Source: a virus (taxonomy: Duplodnaviria > Caudoviricetes). From it: a stretch of 64,000 bases of DNA. Where the stretch lies: the IMG/VR virus record IMGVR_UViG_3300025398_000635, positions 1 through 64,000 of that record; one strand, written 5' to 3'. A model generated the notes under the pieces. It was not told where the DNA came from. It worked only from the letters and a program-made list of their open reading frames with translations, and made no database searches. The translations under genes were made by a program, and so were the position numbers. This document shows positions 55,460-64,000 of the stretch, in pieces. The number at the start of each line of letters is the position of its first letter. Position 1 is the stretch's first letter.

Positions 55460-55939
55460 TTAGTTCATATTAAAGGAATTAAGTGGTACGTTGATTACTG
55501 TAGTGTTACCTACGTTATCTCTAACAGTTAATAAAATATTAGTTGGGTTAGTTGGGTCTTTCATCCAACTTAATGTATTGCCCTGGAAGTTAATTGTGCC
55601 GCCGCAAGCTGATGCATTTGCACTACAGGCGCCTCCTGCAAACATCTGTGTGGCTACGTTTTGACTAACCTGTGCGTAGATACGAGATTCTAAATTAGTT
55701 AAGAATTGATTAATGGGTTGATTACTAGCCGCACTTGCGGCTGCATCTTTAGCTGATTGTAATGCACTCAATACTGCCTGCTGACGTGTATACTGTTCAT
55801 TCTCTATAGTCAGCACATAGGTACCGTATCCATTGCCGTTAAAACTTGGACTTTTAAATGAATAATCAGCCAAGGGCGTTGCTGCTACAAAAGCAGGAAA
55901 CAGTAGAAGTACTGCAAGAAATTTTGCTGCTTTAGACAT
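55460..55939 (-). CDS. csgF: Curli assembly component CsgF
   Basis: YSFKSPSFNGNG; FLTNLESRIYAQVS. Confidence 0.8.
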   Translation of the reverse strand: MSKAAKFLAVLLLFPAFVAATPLADYSFKSPSFNGNGYGTYVLTIENEQYTRQQAVLSALQSAKDAAASAASNQPINQFLTNLESRIYAQVSQNVATQMFAGGACSANASACGGTINFQGNTLSWMKDPTNPTNILLTVRDNVGNTTVINVPLNSFNMN

Positions 55940-56007
55940 GGATTCGCCCCCACTAGGTCTTATTAGTATTTAATATACCTACATATTAAATAATACTAGC
56001 GGTTTTC

Positions 56008-57297
56008 TTAGGGTACTTTTACCTGCATGCCATTCTGACTGCCAGTGTTGAATCCTAGTTTCTGAATGGTTAGGTTAGACTCAAATTCGTCGGGTGTTTG
56101 AGTATAAATGAAATTACCAGTAGTGCCATTTAAAAATAAAATACCCTGGAACTTATCATGTTTCTGATAGTAAGCATAGGCAAATCTTTTTAAATTTGGA
56201 ATAAATGCATCAAAGTTTATTACACCCTGATCTGTAATACTAGGGTTTACTACAGCCGCTACATCACTATCTGATGCTTCTAAGTATAGTGATTGAAAAA
56301 TGGAAGTAATTGATGCTTTTACAAATGCTGCAACGTCTTTAGGTTTTGCACCTTGTTGTATTAAAGCAGGACCAAAGCCGCTCCAAAATGGATTTGTTGA
56401 TCCTACACTGACTGCATCTTTACTAGCTATAATTTGTGAAGCGGTAGTTCCTGGTGCAATCTTAGCTCCACGTGCTTCAGCTACTGCTGTTGGATTTTCT
56501 TCCTCTGCTGTGTCTGCCTCTGGTTGAGGTGCAGCAGCCGGAACTGGTCTTCCAGTCCACTGTGGAGCAGTAGGTTTAGTATCAGGCTTAGTTGGATCAA
56601 TAGCCTTTAATGGTTCTGATTTTTTCGTTGTCTTTGCTAATTTAGTAGTCAGAGTTGAAATAAATTGGGCAGCAGATTTTCTTACTTGTGATATAGCTTG
56701 ATTAGTAGTGCCGTATCCTCGCACACCTATAATACGGGCACCGTTGCCTTTTACTTCAACTAGTCGACCGTTAATAATAAGGTCCCCAGCATCTTTACTA
56801 AGCATGATCTTTGGACTGGCAATCGCTAGGAAAAATTCTCCTTTGCCTTTATTAGTAGTAGTTTTTCCAGATTTAAATTTTCCAGAAATATTTAATAAAT
56901 CACTTGAAACCTGTTGATACACTGTAGGATATTTTGTCTGTACAACATCATCTAAATTTTGCCAAACACCGGGAGTTAATAATTGTTTAATATTAATAAT
57001 TCCCTTGGTTGCTAATTCCTGTGCGAATGCCATTTTATCATCGAATGGTGCTTTTGCATCTATAATTGCACGAGATATAATAGTGTGGACTTGTTTTAGA
57101 TCTTCATCTTTTGATAAAATGTTATCAATACCGCTACCGATATCAATTTTTCTTATGTAAGAATAAATCTGATGTAACTCATCAATATCTAAAATATTAG
57201 GTATTTGCTGAATAATATGTTGTTGAACCGCGGCAACTCGAGGGTCAACACCTGGTTCTTTTTTTGATCGTTCTAGTAAAATGTCAATTACACGCAT
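56008..57297 (-). CDS. Hypothetical protein with PD-(D/E)xK nuclease-like motif
   Basis: GKGEF..AGDLIINGRLVEVKG; perfect late TATAAATA at 57305-57312. Confidence 0.5.
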   Translation of the reverse strand: MRVIDILLERSKKEPGVDPRVAAVQQHIIQQIPNILDIDELHQIYSYIRKIDIGSGIDNILSKDEDLKQVHTIISRAIIDAKAPFDDKMAFAQELATKGIINIKQLLTPGVWQNLDDVVQTKYPTVYQQVSSDLLNISGKFKSGKTTTNKGKGEFFLAIASPKIMLSKDAGDLIINGRLVEVKGNGARIIGVRGYGTTNQAISQVRKSAAQFISTLTTKLAKTTKKSEPLKAIDPTKPDTKPTAPQWTGRPVPAAAPQPEADTAEEENPTAVAEARGAKIAPGTTASQIIASKDAVSVGSTNPFWSGFGPALIQQGAKPKDVAAFVKASITSIFQSLYLEASDSDVAAVVNPSITDQGVINFDAFIPNLKRFAYAYYQKHDKFQGILFLNGTTGNFIYTQTPDEFESNLTIQKLGFNTGSQNGMQVKVP

Positions 57298-57307
57298 AGT
57301 GTAATAT

Positions 57308-57988
57308 TTATACTATTTCTGGGAACAGGCAATCTTGTATGAACACTTGTACATCTGCTTCGTTTAGGCCTAAACTAGCCATAACTTTAGGTGTATGCGG
57401 GTTACATTTCTGATTTAGGCAGTAGTAGTTTTGTGCTTCTGTAGTATCTACTGCTGTATTATTAGTTTCTGCCACAGTTTCTAGGTAATGGGCCAAAGTA
57501 GTGCGAGCCATGGACATAATTTGCTCTAATTCAGCTTCATCCTGTACATTGCCCGCAGCCACCATACTAGGGCTGAATATGTTAGTAGCCCACTCGGGCA
57601 ATGTTCTAGGTTTACGCCATTCTAACTTGCTAATTTCTTCAGCAAACCACGACATCATTGGATGATCGGGATCCCCAGCTTTTGAATAGTCATGGAAACA
57701 GCCAGTCATTTTGTTTTTACCAGCTACTACATCAAAGCCGTAAATTGGAGCAGGATTATGAGTATGTGGGAAGATGCAACAGTGCATCATCCAAAGTCCT
57801 TTAGTTTCTCTCGCATCCACCACGTCAACGTGAGCACGGCGATAGCGATCACTAGTCCATACCCTATTAATCCAGCCAGGTTGGTTAAAACGATCCATCC
57901 CAGGTTCGAAAATTTCAGTGCCTGTAAGATCAAAACTTTCTTCCAGCAAATGCTGTATTTCTATTAGTGTGTCCCAGACCTTACTCAT
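57308..57988 (-). CDS. pcyX: Ferredoxin-dependent bilin reductase (PcyX/PcyA-like)
   Basis: RRAHVDV, MMHCCIFP, PIYGFDVVAG, FHDYS, WATNIFS, Q..NPHT. Confidence 0.8.
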   Translation of the reverse strand: MSKVWDTLIEIQHLLEESFDLTGTEIFEPGMDRFNQPGWINRVWTSDRYRRAHVDVVDARETKGLWMMHCCIFPHTHNPAPIYGFDVVAGKNKMTGCFHDYSKAGDPDHPMMSWFAEEISKLEWRKPRTLPEWATNIFSPSMVAAGNVQDEAELEQIMSMARTTLAHYLETVAETNNTAVDTTEAQNYYCLNQKCNPHTPKVMASLGLNEADVQVFIQDCLFPEIV

Positions 57989-58535
57989 CCTGATATTCTA
58001 CAAGATCCATCATTTCTTTAAAAAAATCAGTAGCAAATTCAAAACAAATTTTAGCTTCATCGGCCATATCATCACTGATCTTTTCACGGACAGCAGCCTT
58101 GAGTGCTTCTGGATTTTCAAACTGATACATGCGTCCAGCACCTGGAATTTTTTTGGCAATCATCTGTCCACCAGCAAGATCTCCCATGTGGCGCACATAG
58201 ATATGTGCCATTAGTTTTTTTGGATCATGTTTAATACTCATGATATGATCCATATAGCGTTTGACTACCGGTAGAATTTGTGGATCACCGTCTTTTTCAT
58301 CATCCCACAATTCCATAAAGTCTGCAAGTATATGCGGTGCTCTGCGAATTTCAGGCATGCTGTTTAACAAACCATGCGGCATTGCGCATACTTCTAACAA
58401 CTCATATTGTGGGTGTTGATTTTTTAAATATACCGCGTAGAGTTTAGGATTAATCGTTCCCGAAAATAAAATCTTTACAAACTCTTGACGTTCTGCATTC
58501 TGATGTGCTTCGTGGGTTAGGTCTCTTAAGCTCAT
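57981..58535 (-). CDS. hemO: Heme oxygenase
   Basis: LRDLTHEAHQNAE; AHIYVRHMGDLAGGQMI. Confidence 0.9.
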   Translation of the reverse strand: MSLRDLTHEAHQNAERQEFVKILFSGTINPKLYAVYLKNQHPQYELLEVCAMPHGLLNSMPEIRRAPHILADFMELWDDEKDGDPQILPVVKRYMDHIMSIKHDPKKLMAHIYVRHMGDLAGGQMIAKKIPGAGRMYQFENPEALKAAVREKISDDMADEAKICFEFATDFFKEMMDLVEYQDE

Positions 58536-58834
58536 TCTTCTTCCAATTTAATTTGTAAGGGGAAACCATTTGTTCGGGCAAGATTAGTTGCTTCTACTGC
58601 TTTGACTTCAGCGATTTCAAAACTATAAACACCTGCTATTCCACTACCTTGCTCGTGAACTTGTAACATAATATCTCTAGCTGTAGATTCATTATGTTTA
58701 AAAACTTCAGTCAGTACCGATACTACAAATTCCATAGGAGTGCTATCATCATTCACAAGTATAACCTTCCAACGCTTTGGTTCTGTGATAATTACTTTAA
58801 TTTTTTCATCTAATTGAATATCTGTACTTGACAT
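58532..58834 (-). CDS. clpS: Clp protease adaptor ClpS
   Basis: VILVNDDSTPMEFVV; MLQVHEQG.G.AG.Y..EIAE.K; FPL. Confidence 0.93.
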   Translation of the reverse strand: MSSTDIQLDEKIKVIITEPKRWKVILVNDDSTPMEFVVSVLTEVFKHNESTARDIMLQVHEQGSGIAGVYSFEIAEVKAVEATNLARTNGFPLQIKLEEE

Positions 58835-58878
58835 GATTGCTTTCTTTTAATGTTGGGGGAGTTGCCTCCCCCGGTTGA

Positions 58879-59310
58879 TTATTTAACCTTAATGATACGA
58901 GGTTTTAATGCTTCTGGAACAATACGTTCGATATTAATAATCAACATACCGTCCTTGACTTCTGCATCCTTAACTTCCATGTATTCAGCCAAAGTCCAAT
59001 TCTGTTCAAAGTTACGGCTAGCTAAACCACGGTGCAAATATTCTTTGCTCTCGTCTGTAGTTTCAGCTTGTATACCACGAACAACTAATTGATCCTGATC
59101 TATTTCAACTGAGATTTCATCTTTGCTGAAACCTGCAACTGCTACTTCGATAGCATAAGCACTATCACTATACTTCACAATGTTGTGTGGAGGATAGTTT
59201 CCGTTTACTTGTTGTAATCTTTGATTAAAGATTTGATCAAAGCCAACTAGAGCTCTGCTTAGATTAGCCAATTCGGCTGGTGTTACTGTTTTTAATTGCA
59301 TTGTTGCCAT
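58879..59310 (-). CDS. Small heat shock protein Hsp20 (IbpA-like)
   Basis: YPPHNI, AVAGF, YLHRGLA.R.F, DGML.I. Confidence 0.92.
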   Translation of the reverse strand: MATMQLKTVTPAELANLSRALVGFDQIFNQRLQQVNGNYPPHNIVKYSDSAYAIEVAVAGFSKDEISVEIDQDQLVVRGIQAETTDESKEYLHRGLASRNFEQNWTLAEYMEVKDAEVKDGMLIINIERIVPEALKPRIIKVK

Positions 59311-59375
59311 TTTTAATCTCCTTATAGTAAGCAAGAATGTGCAGGGCCCCGAAGGCACCCTACATTTTTATTATA

Positions 59376-61286
59376 TTACTTCTCTTCTTTAGGGTCAACC
59401 TCTGTAAAGCTCGCATCTACTGTTTGCTCAGCAGCCTGTGGTTGGGCTTCAGCTTGAGCTTTAGCCTGTTCAGCAGCCTGTTTTTTAGCAGTCAGTGGAT
59501 TAGCAGCTTCAAAGAATGACTGTACAGCTTTTTGGATAGCCTCTACATCTTCACCGGCCATTGCAGTGTTAACAGCGTCAAGCGCGGTTTGGTATGCAGT
59601 CTTTTCCTCTTCAGTTAATTGATCTTGATATGCATCAAAATCTTTCTTAACTGTATGTAGTGAAGCCTCAGCTTGATTACGTGCTTCAATCAATTCCTTG
59701 GCTTTCTTATCAGCTTCAGCATTTTCTTCAGCTTCTTGTACCATGCGTTGGATTTCAGCATCAGTCAATCCTGAATCAGATTTGATAGTAATCTTGTTTT
59801 CTTTGCCAGTGTTTTTATCTCTGGCACTTACATTCAAGATACCATTAGCATCTAGATCGAGTGTAACTTCAATCTGTGGCATGCCACGCATTGCAGGAGC
59901 AATACCTTCTAAGTTGAACTCGCCCAGTTGCTTATTATACTTGTACAACTCACGCTCACCTTGTGCAACCTTAATGGTCACAGCTGGTTGATTGTCTTCT
60001 GCTGTTGAGAAAACTTGTGAGTGCTTAGTTGGGATAGTAGTGTTCTTAGGAATCAATTTGGTAAACACACCGCCCATTGTTTCAATACCCAATGTTAATG
60101 GTGTAACGTCTAACAACAATACGTCTGTCTTGTCGCCAGCTAGAACAGCACCTTGTACTGCGGCACCTGCGGCAACTGCTTCGTCTGGGTTAACGTCTTT
60201 ACGTGGAGCCTTGCCAAACAGTTTCTCAACTGCTTCTTGTACTTTAGGCATACGTGTTTGACCACCAACTAGGATAACTTCATCGATATCACTAGCACTT
60301 ACCTTAGCATCGGTCATAGCAATCTTACATGGCTCAATTGAACGTTGGATTAAGTCTTCAACCATTTGTTCAAACTTACTACGGGTAATAGTAATGTTCA
60401 TGTGCTTTGGACCGCTTGCATCAGCAGTAACATATGGAAGATTTACTGTAGTCTGTTGTGTGCTTGACAGTTCAATCTTGGCTTTTTCAGCGGCATCTTT
60501 CAAACGCTGTAAAGCAAGCATATCATTTTTCAAATCAATACCGTTGTCTTTCTTAAACTCGTCGACTAGGTGATCCATGATACGTTGGTCAAAGTCTTCA
60601 CCACCTAAGAATGTATCACCGTTTGTGCTTAATACTTCGATCTGTTTATCGCCGTCGATATTTGCGATTTCAATGATCGATACGTCGAACGTACCACCAC
60701 CAAGGTCGTAAACAGCAATTTTGCGATCTCTTTTATCAGCTTTATCAACGCCATAAGCAAGAGCTGCCGCAGTAGGCTCGTTAATAATACGGAGTACTTC
60801 CAAGCCGGCAATTTTACCAGCATCTTTAGTAGCTTGTCTTTGACTGTCATTGAAGTACGCTGGTACTGTAATGACTGCTTGTGTAACTGTTTCACCTAGA
60901 TAATCCTCTGCTGTTTTTTTCATTTTACGAAGTACTTCAGCTGACACCTGTGGTGGAGCCAGTTTTTCGCCATTTGCTTCAATCCATGCATCGCCGTTGT
61001 CGGCTTTGACAATAGCGTATGGCATAAGGTCAATGTCTTTCTGTACTTCTTTTTCGTCAAATTTACGCCCAATCAAACGCTTGGCCGCATAGATTGTATT
61101 TTTTGGATTCGTGACTGCTTGACGTTTTGCTGTTGCACCAACTAAAATTTCTTTGTCAGTGTATGCAATGATTGACGGTGTTGTTCTAGCACCTTCGCTG
61201 TTTTCGATTACTTTTGCAATTCCATTTTCTAGGATTGCTACGCAGCTATTTGTTGTACCCAAGTCGATACCGATGATTTTGCTCAT
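59376..61286 (-). CDS. dnaK: Chaperone DnaK
   Basis: [12 protein letters not shown]; full-length Hsp70; start MSKII. Confidence 0.98.
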   Translation of the reverse strand: MSKIIGIDLGTTNSCVAILENGIAKVIENSEGARTTPSIIAYTDKEILVGATAKRQAVTNPKNTIYAAKRLIGRKFDEKEVQKDIDLMPYAIVKADNGDAWIEANGEKLAPPQVSAEVLRKMKKTAEDYLGETVTQAVITVPAYFNDSQRQATKDAGKIAGLEVLRIINEPTAAALAYGVDKADKRDRKIAVYDLGGGTFDVSIIEIANIDGDKQIEVLSTNGDTFLGGEDFDQRIMDHLVDEFKKDNGIDLKNDMLALQRLKDAAEKAKIELSSTQQTTVNLPYVTADASGPKHMNITITRSKFEQMVEDLIQRSIEPCKIAMTDAKVSASDIDEVILVGGQTRMPKVQEAVEKLFGKAPRKDVNPDEAVAAGAAVQGAVLAGDKTDVLLLDVTPLTLGIETMGGVFTKLIPKNTTIPTKHSQVFSTAEDNQPAVTIKVAQGERELYKYNKQLGEFNLEGIAPAMRGMPQIEVTLDLDANGILNVSARDKNTGKENKITIKSDSGLTDAEIQRMVQEAEENAEADKKAKELIEARNQAEASLHTVKKDFDAYQDQLTEEEKTAYQTALDAVNTAMAGEDVEAIQKAVQSFFEAANPLTAKKQAAEQAKAQAEAQPQAAEQTVDASFTEVDPKEEK

Positions 61287-61354
61287 AATTTTCTCCTTAT
61301 AATTAAGCAAGTAAATATGTACAGCCCTTACGGCGCTCTACACATTTATTTATC

Positions 61355-61639
61355 TCAGACATTCTCTAAATTCTTAATATTAGACCACTTTTTAAGCCTT
61401 TGGAATTTGGCAAGTTTTGCTGCCTGAATATTATCGTGGCCGATAATATCCATAGAATACAGAATATCTATCATGGCTAGTACATCACCAACTTCGTCTT
61501 CTAGGTGTTCTCTATTAGTTTTAGGTTTGCCCGGTTTATAATTGTCCAATCCAAACCTACTAATTTTGCTAACTGCTTGAATCACTTCAGCACATTCTTC
61601 TTGCAATATATCTAATACTTCTTTAGTTTGACTGTCCAT
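61355..61639 (-). CDS. MazG-like nucleotide pyrophosphohydrolase
   Basis: LQEECAEVIQA..K; LEDEVGDV. Confidence 0.75.
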   Translation of the reverse strand: MDSQTKEVLDILQEECAEVIQAVSKISRFGLDNYKPGKPKTNREHLEDEVGDVLAMIDILYSMDIIGHDNIQAAKLAKFQRLKKWSNIKNLENV

Positions 61640-61798
61640 TTTGTGCCTCTTGTAAAATTTCAATTAATTGTGGAATAATTTTTTCATCTAACACTACACT
61701 ATATCCTTTAGCTGACCCTGTATTAAGTTTAATTTTAATAAGTGAATCTACGATGTCTACCCAACAGTAGACTTCTCCATCGGGTTTAGTTATTTCTC

Positions 61799-62380
61799 TC
61801 ATCTTTGGTTTATAAATGGTTGTAGCATTTTGCCTTCGTATGTAGTGCTAGTACGAAGTGTATTGTAGACATTCTGAATGCCTACTGCCTGGTTCCATGC
61901 ATCTTCTAATGCATGGTGGGCCGTTACAGGTGGACGTTTAGGATCGATGCCTAGGTCAAAGGCTGTGCGAACATCTCTGACTTCCCAAAACTTCCAAGGA
62001 ATTGCCTTGTTAATTTTACGGAACACATGCTCGCAAATGATAATATCAAAACATGCACCATTTGCCCATACACGCTTGGCACCCCAACAAAATTTATACA
62101 GTTGATTAAATGCATCAACGATATCAATCCTTCCATCTGGGTCAAAGGCAGCTTCCTGTGCCTCCTTGCTTTGATTAGCCCACCAGGCGATTGTATCATC
62201 ACTAGTGGTTAATCCAATTCGATCACAACTATCTATATCTACCTTGACATAAAAACTTTCCATTGCTGGCTCTTTTAATTCAGCACCGAATGGGTCAAAT
62301 TTTACTGCGCCAATTGTAAGAATAGTAGCGTCTGGAGTTGTATTTAGAGTCTCCAAATCTATCATAATGTCTGTTAGCAT
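61799..62380 (-). CDS. DEDDh 3'-5' exonuclease (Rv2179c-like)
   Basis: MIDLETL; WANG..FD; RDVRT; HHALEDA. Confidence 0.85.
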   Translation of the reverse strand: MLTDIMIDLETLNTTPDATILTIGAVKFDPFGAELKEPAMESFYVKVDIDSCDRIGLTTSDDTIAWWANQSKEAQEAAFDPDGRIDIVDAFNQLYKFCWGAKRVWANGACFDIIICEHVFRKINKAIPWKFWEVRDVRTAFDLGIDPKRPPVTAHHALEDAWNQAVGIQNVYNTLRTSTTYEGKMLQPFINQR

Positions 62381-62386
62381 ACAGTT

Positions 62387-62415
62387 ATTATAACAGATTT
62401 AAATTGACATGTCAA
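62387..62415 (-). promoter_or_regulatory. Sigma70 consensus promoter
   Basis: TTGACA-17-TATAAT. Confidence 0.85.
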
Positions 62416-62645
62416 TACATTTTTTTAGGAAGTTGTTGATCGCGGAGTTTTTTCTTCCAACGAGCTTTAGCCGCACCCTTTTTGCGTTTGCGTTCTGTGG
62501 TGGGTTTTTCGTAGGTTTCTTTTTGGCGGAGATCGTCCAATTTACCAGAATCTTCAATTTTACGTTTGAAACGACGTAGGGCCTGATTGATATTTTCACC
62601 GTCTTTAACGGTAATACCAGTTCCTCTACTCTTCTGATGCATCAT
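62412..62645 (-). CDS. rpsU: 30S ribosomal protein bS21
   Basis: ALRRFKRK...[18 protein letters not shown]...QQLPKKMY. Confidence 0.92.
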   Translation of the reverse strand: MMHQKSRGTGITVKDGENINQALRRFKRKIEDSGKLDDLRQKETYEKPTTERKRKKGAAKARWKKKLRDQQLPKKMY

Positions 62646-63060
62646 CTTGGTTATCTTCCTCTTGCTGATTCTTTAATTGTTCTACAATCAAGTCTAAATT
62701 ATATATCCGATTTTTACTAATTAAGTGGTACGGAGTGAGTTCATCACCGGTAATATAATGAGTATTTGGTGCAGACAGCAACAAAGTAATGAATTTTTGG
62801 GTAATAGGATCACAATTATCAACATCGACGATTACACAATCTACCTGTTGAGCAACACTGAGCATCCAGCTGATATCCGAATCATCTTGATCAAAAATAA
62901 ACACATTAAGATCTTCTATGCTTTGGCTAAGAATTGTCTGAAACTGTTCTTTAACTAATTGGCTTGGTTTTATCAAAAGATATGCCAAGTTCATGTTGAA
63001 CAATCTATCAGGCGGTGTTATTAGAGTTATTTTTCCTAAGTTCATGTATACGCTCTTCAA
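62626..63060 (-). CDS. Hypothetical protein
   Basis: ITLITPPD; ORF track. Confidence 0.55.
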   Translation of the reverse strand: MKSVYMNLGKITLITPPDRLFNMNLAYLLIKPSQLVKEQFQTILSQSIEDLNVFIFDQDDSDISWMLSVAQQVDCVIVDVDNCDPITQKFITLLLSAPNTHYITGDELTPYHLISKNRIYNLDLIVEQLKNQQEEDNQDDASEE

Positions 63061-63337
63061 AGTATTCTATTTTTTCCATCGGATAGTCACTAAATCTAGG
63101 ACCATGCAATTTTGTCTCTTTTACAAATGCTGCCAATTCTGGTTCAGTTTTTTCATCAACATTAAAATCTGTAAATTGATGATCACCATATTCCTTGTAC
63201 AACTGATCAATGGGTTGTAATCCTATTATTTTACTCCAAATACTACCTGTACCTTGTTCTTGATTTTGTATATAGCCTATGTTCGATTCTTGGTAATCAG
63301 ATTCCCTTCCGAGTCCTTGATCATGTAAGTCTTTTTT
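63008..63337 (-). other. -1 frame extension reachable through an A_AAA_AAG slippery site
   Basis: -1 frame open from the TGA just before the A9G run (63331-63340) to TGA at 63008; no ATG in its first ~80 codons. Confidence 0.55.
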
Positions 63338-64000
63338 TTTGATTCATCGACAGGAAGATCGATGTCAGGGACAGCTAACTGAGGTTCTTCGATTTCAGCT
63401 TCTTCCAATGCTGAAATTTCATTACCTTCGTTATCAATATAAGTTTCGCCTTTAGCCACACGTTCTTCTACTGTAGTTTCCTGTGATTTGGCCACTTCGC
63501 GTTCCGCCTCTTCAATCATTTTATTCCAACGATCGAGTTCAGTCTCTTCTTCAATTTCAGGAGTATCTGTAACGATTGTTTGTTCTCCAATTTGAACCAG
63601 CTGATCAGCAGTTAGCTCTGTATCAGTTTGTTCATCTTGAGATTCTTGTTTCTTATCCCAGAATCGGGCTTTCTCTTTAGCACGAGTAAACCATTCGCTA
63701 ACAGTAGTATCGTTAAATGCCTCAGTTAATTCATCGGCTTGGTCATCTAACCATGTATGTTCTTTTTCTTCTTTAGCCCAAGCAAAGGACATCTGTGCCG
63801 CCAACAGCATAATAACTGCCAGTGGATCGAACACAATAACAATCATAATAATAACCCAGGTCACTGCTTTTTCTAGTATCGTAGCATCGGGATTAACACC
63901 GTAGATCAGTGCGGCAATATATTTGATTGGTCCGACTTCTGCTTCTACCTTACGTAGATCCTTAGCAATAGGAGCACGTTCTTCGTTTAATGAAGCGATT
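63277..64000 (-). CDS. Coiled-coil membrane protein with acidic C-terminal region (5' part outside window)
   Basis: Frame open to the window edge: ...EVGPIKYIAALIYG...VIIMIVIVFDPLAVIMLLAAQ. Confidence 0.7.
   Translation of the reverse strand, partial: IASLNEERAPIAKDLRKVEAEVGPIKYIAALIYGVNPDATILEKAVTWVIIMIVIVFDPLAVIMLLAAQMSFAWAKEEKEHTWLDDQADELTEAFNDTTVSEWFTRAKEKARFWDKKQESQDEQTDTELTADQLVQIGEQTIVTDTPEIEEETELDRWNKMIEEAEREVAKSQETTVEERVAKGETYIDNEGNEISALEEAEIEEPQLAVPDIDLPVDESKKKTYMIKDSEGNLITKNRT

Noticed and set aside
38364-63864. Bacterial chromosome or prophage origin of dnaK, rimK, csg and similar genes
   Set aside because: No host-style operons (no dnaJ/grpE, csgE or ribosomal operons); T4-type late promoters and phage-type small ORFs are interleaved throughout

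Overview
64-kb window of a large, AT-rich T4-like (TATAAATA late promoters, many perfect sigma70 early promoters) tailed-phage genome, standard genetic code. DnaK and bS21 look Burkholderiales-like, so the host is probably a betaproteobacterium (inference). Layout: (1) 1-6.4 kb early leftward small genes, including an MBD4-like glycosylase, lipoproteins, IF-1 and a tRNA-like RNA lacking an anticodon loop. (2) 6.45-25.9 kb tailoring-enzyme cluster: 8 radical SAM enzymes, about 9 2OG-Fe(II)/cupin oxygenases, and PLP, SGNH, GNAT, methyltransferase and kinase-like genes, next to a fibre-like virion gene. (3) 28.3-37.9 kb array of 25 tRNA genes (2 strongly atypical) interleaved with 2 HNH endonucleases, Pth2, RpoZ-like, parvulin and several unassigned structured RNAs. 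(4) PlcP/Agt-like lipid-remodelling genes with RimK, rubrerythrin-rubredoxin, and a circularly permuted two-piece tmRNA preceded by three translationally coupled Arg/Lys-rich micropeptides. (5) Membrane, glycosyltransferase and desaturase genes. (6) A CsgF-CsgG-curlin-FecR-curlin-CHASE2 cyclase cassette. (7) HemO-PcyX, ClpS, Hsp20, DnaK, MazG-like, exonuclease, bS21, and a candidate programmed -1 frameshift at an A9G site. All family calls come from motif recognition by eye; no database search was run.
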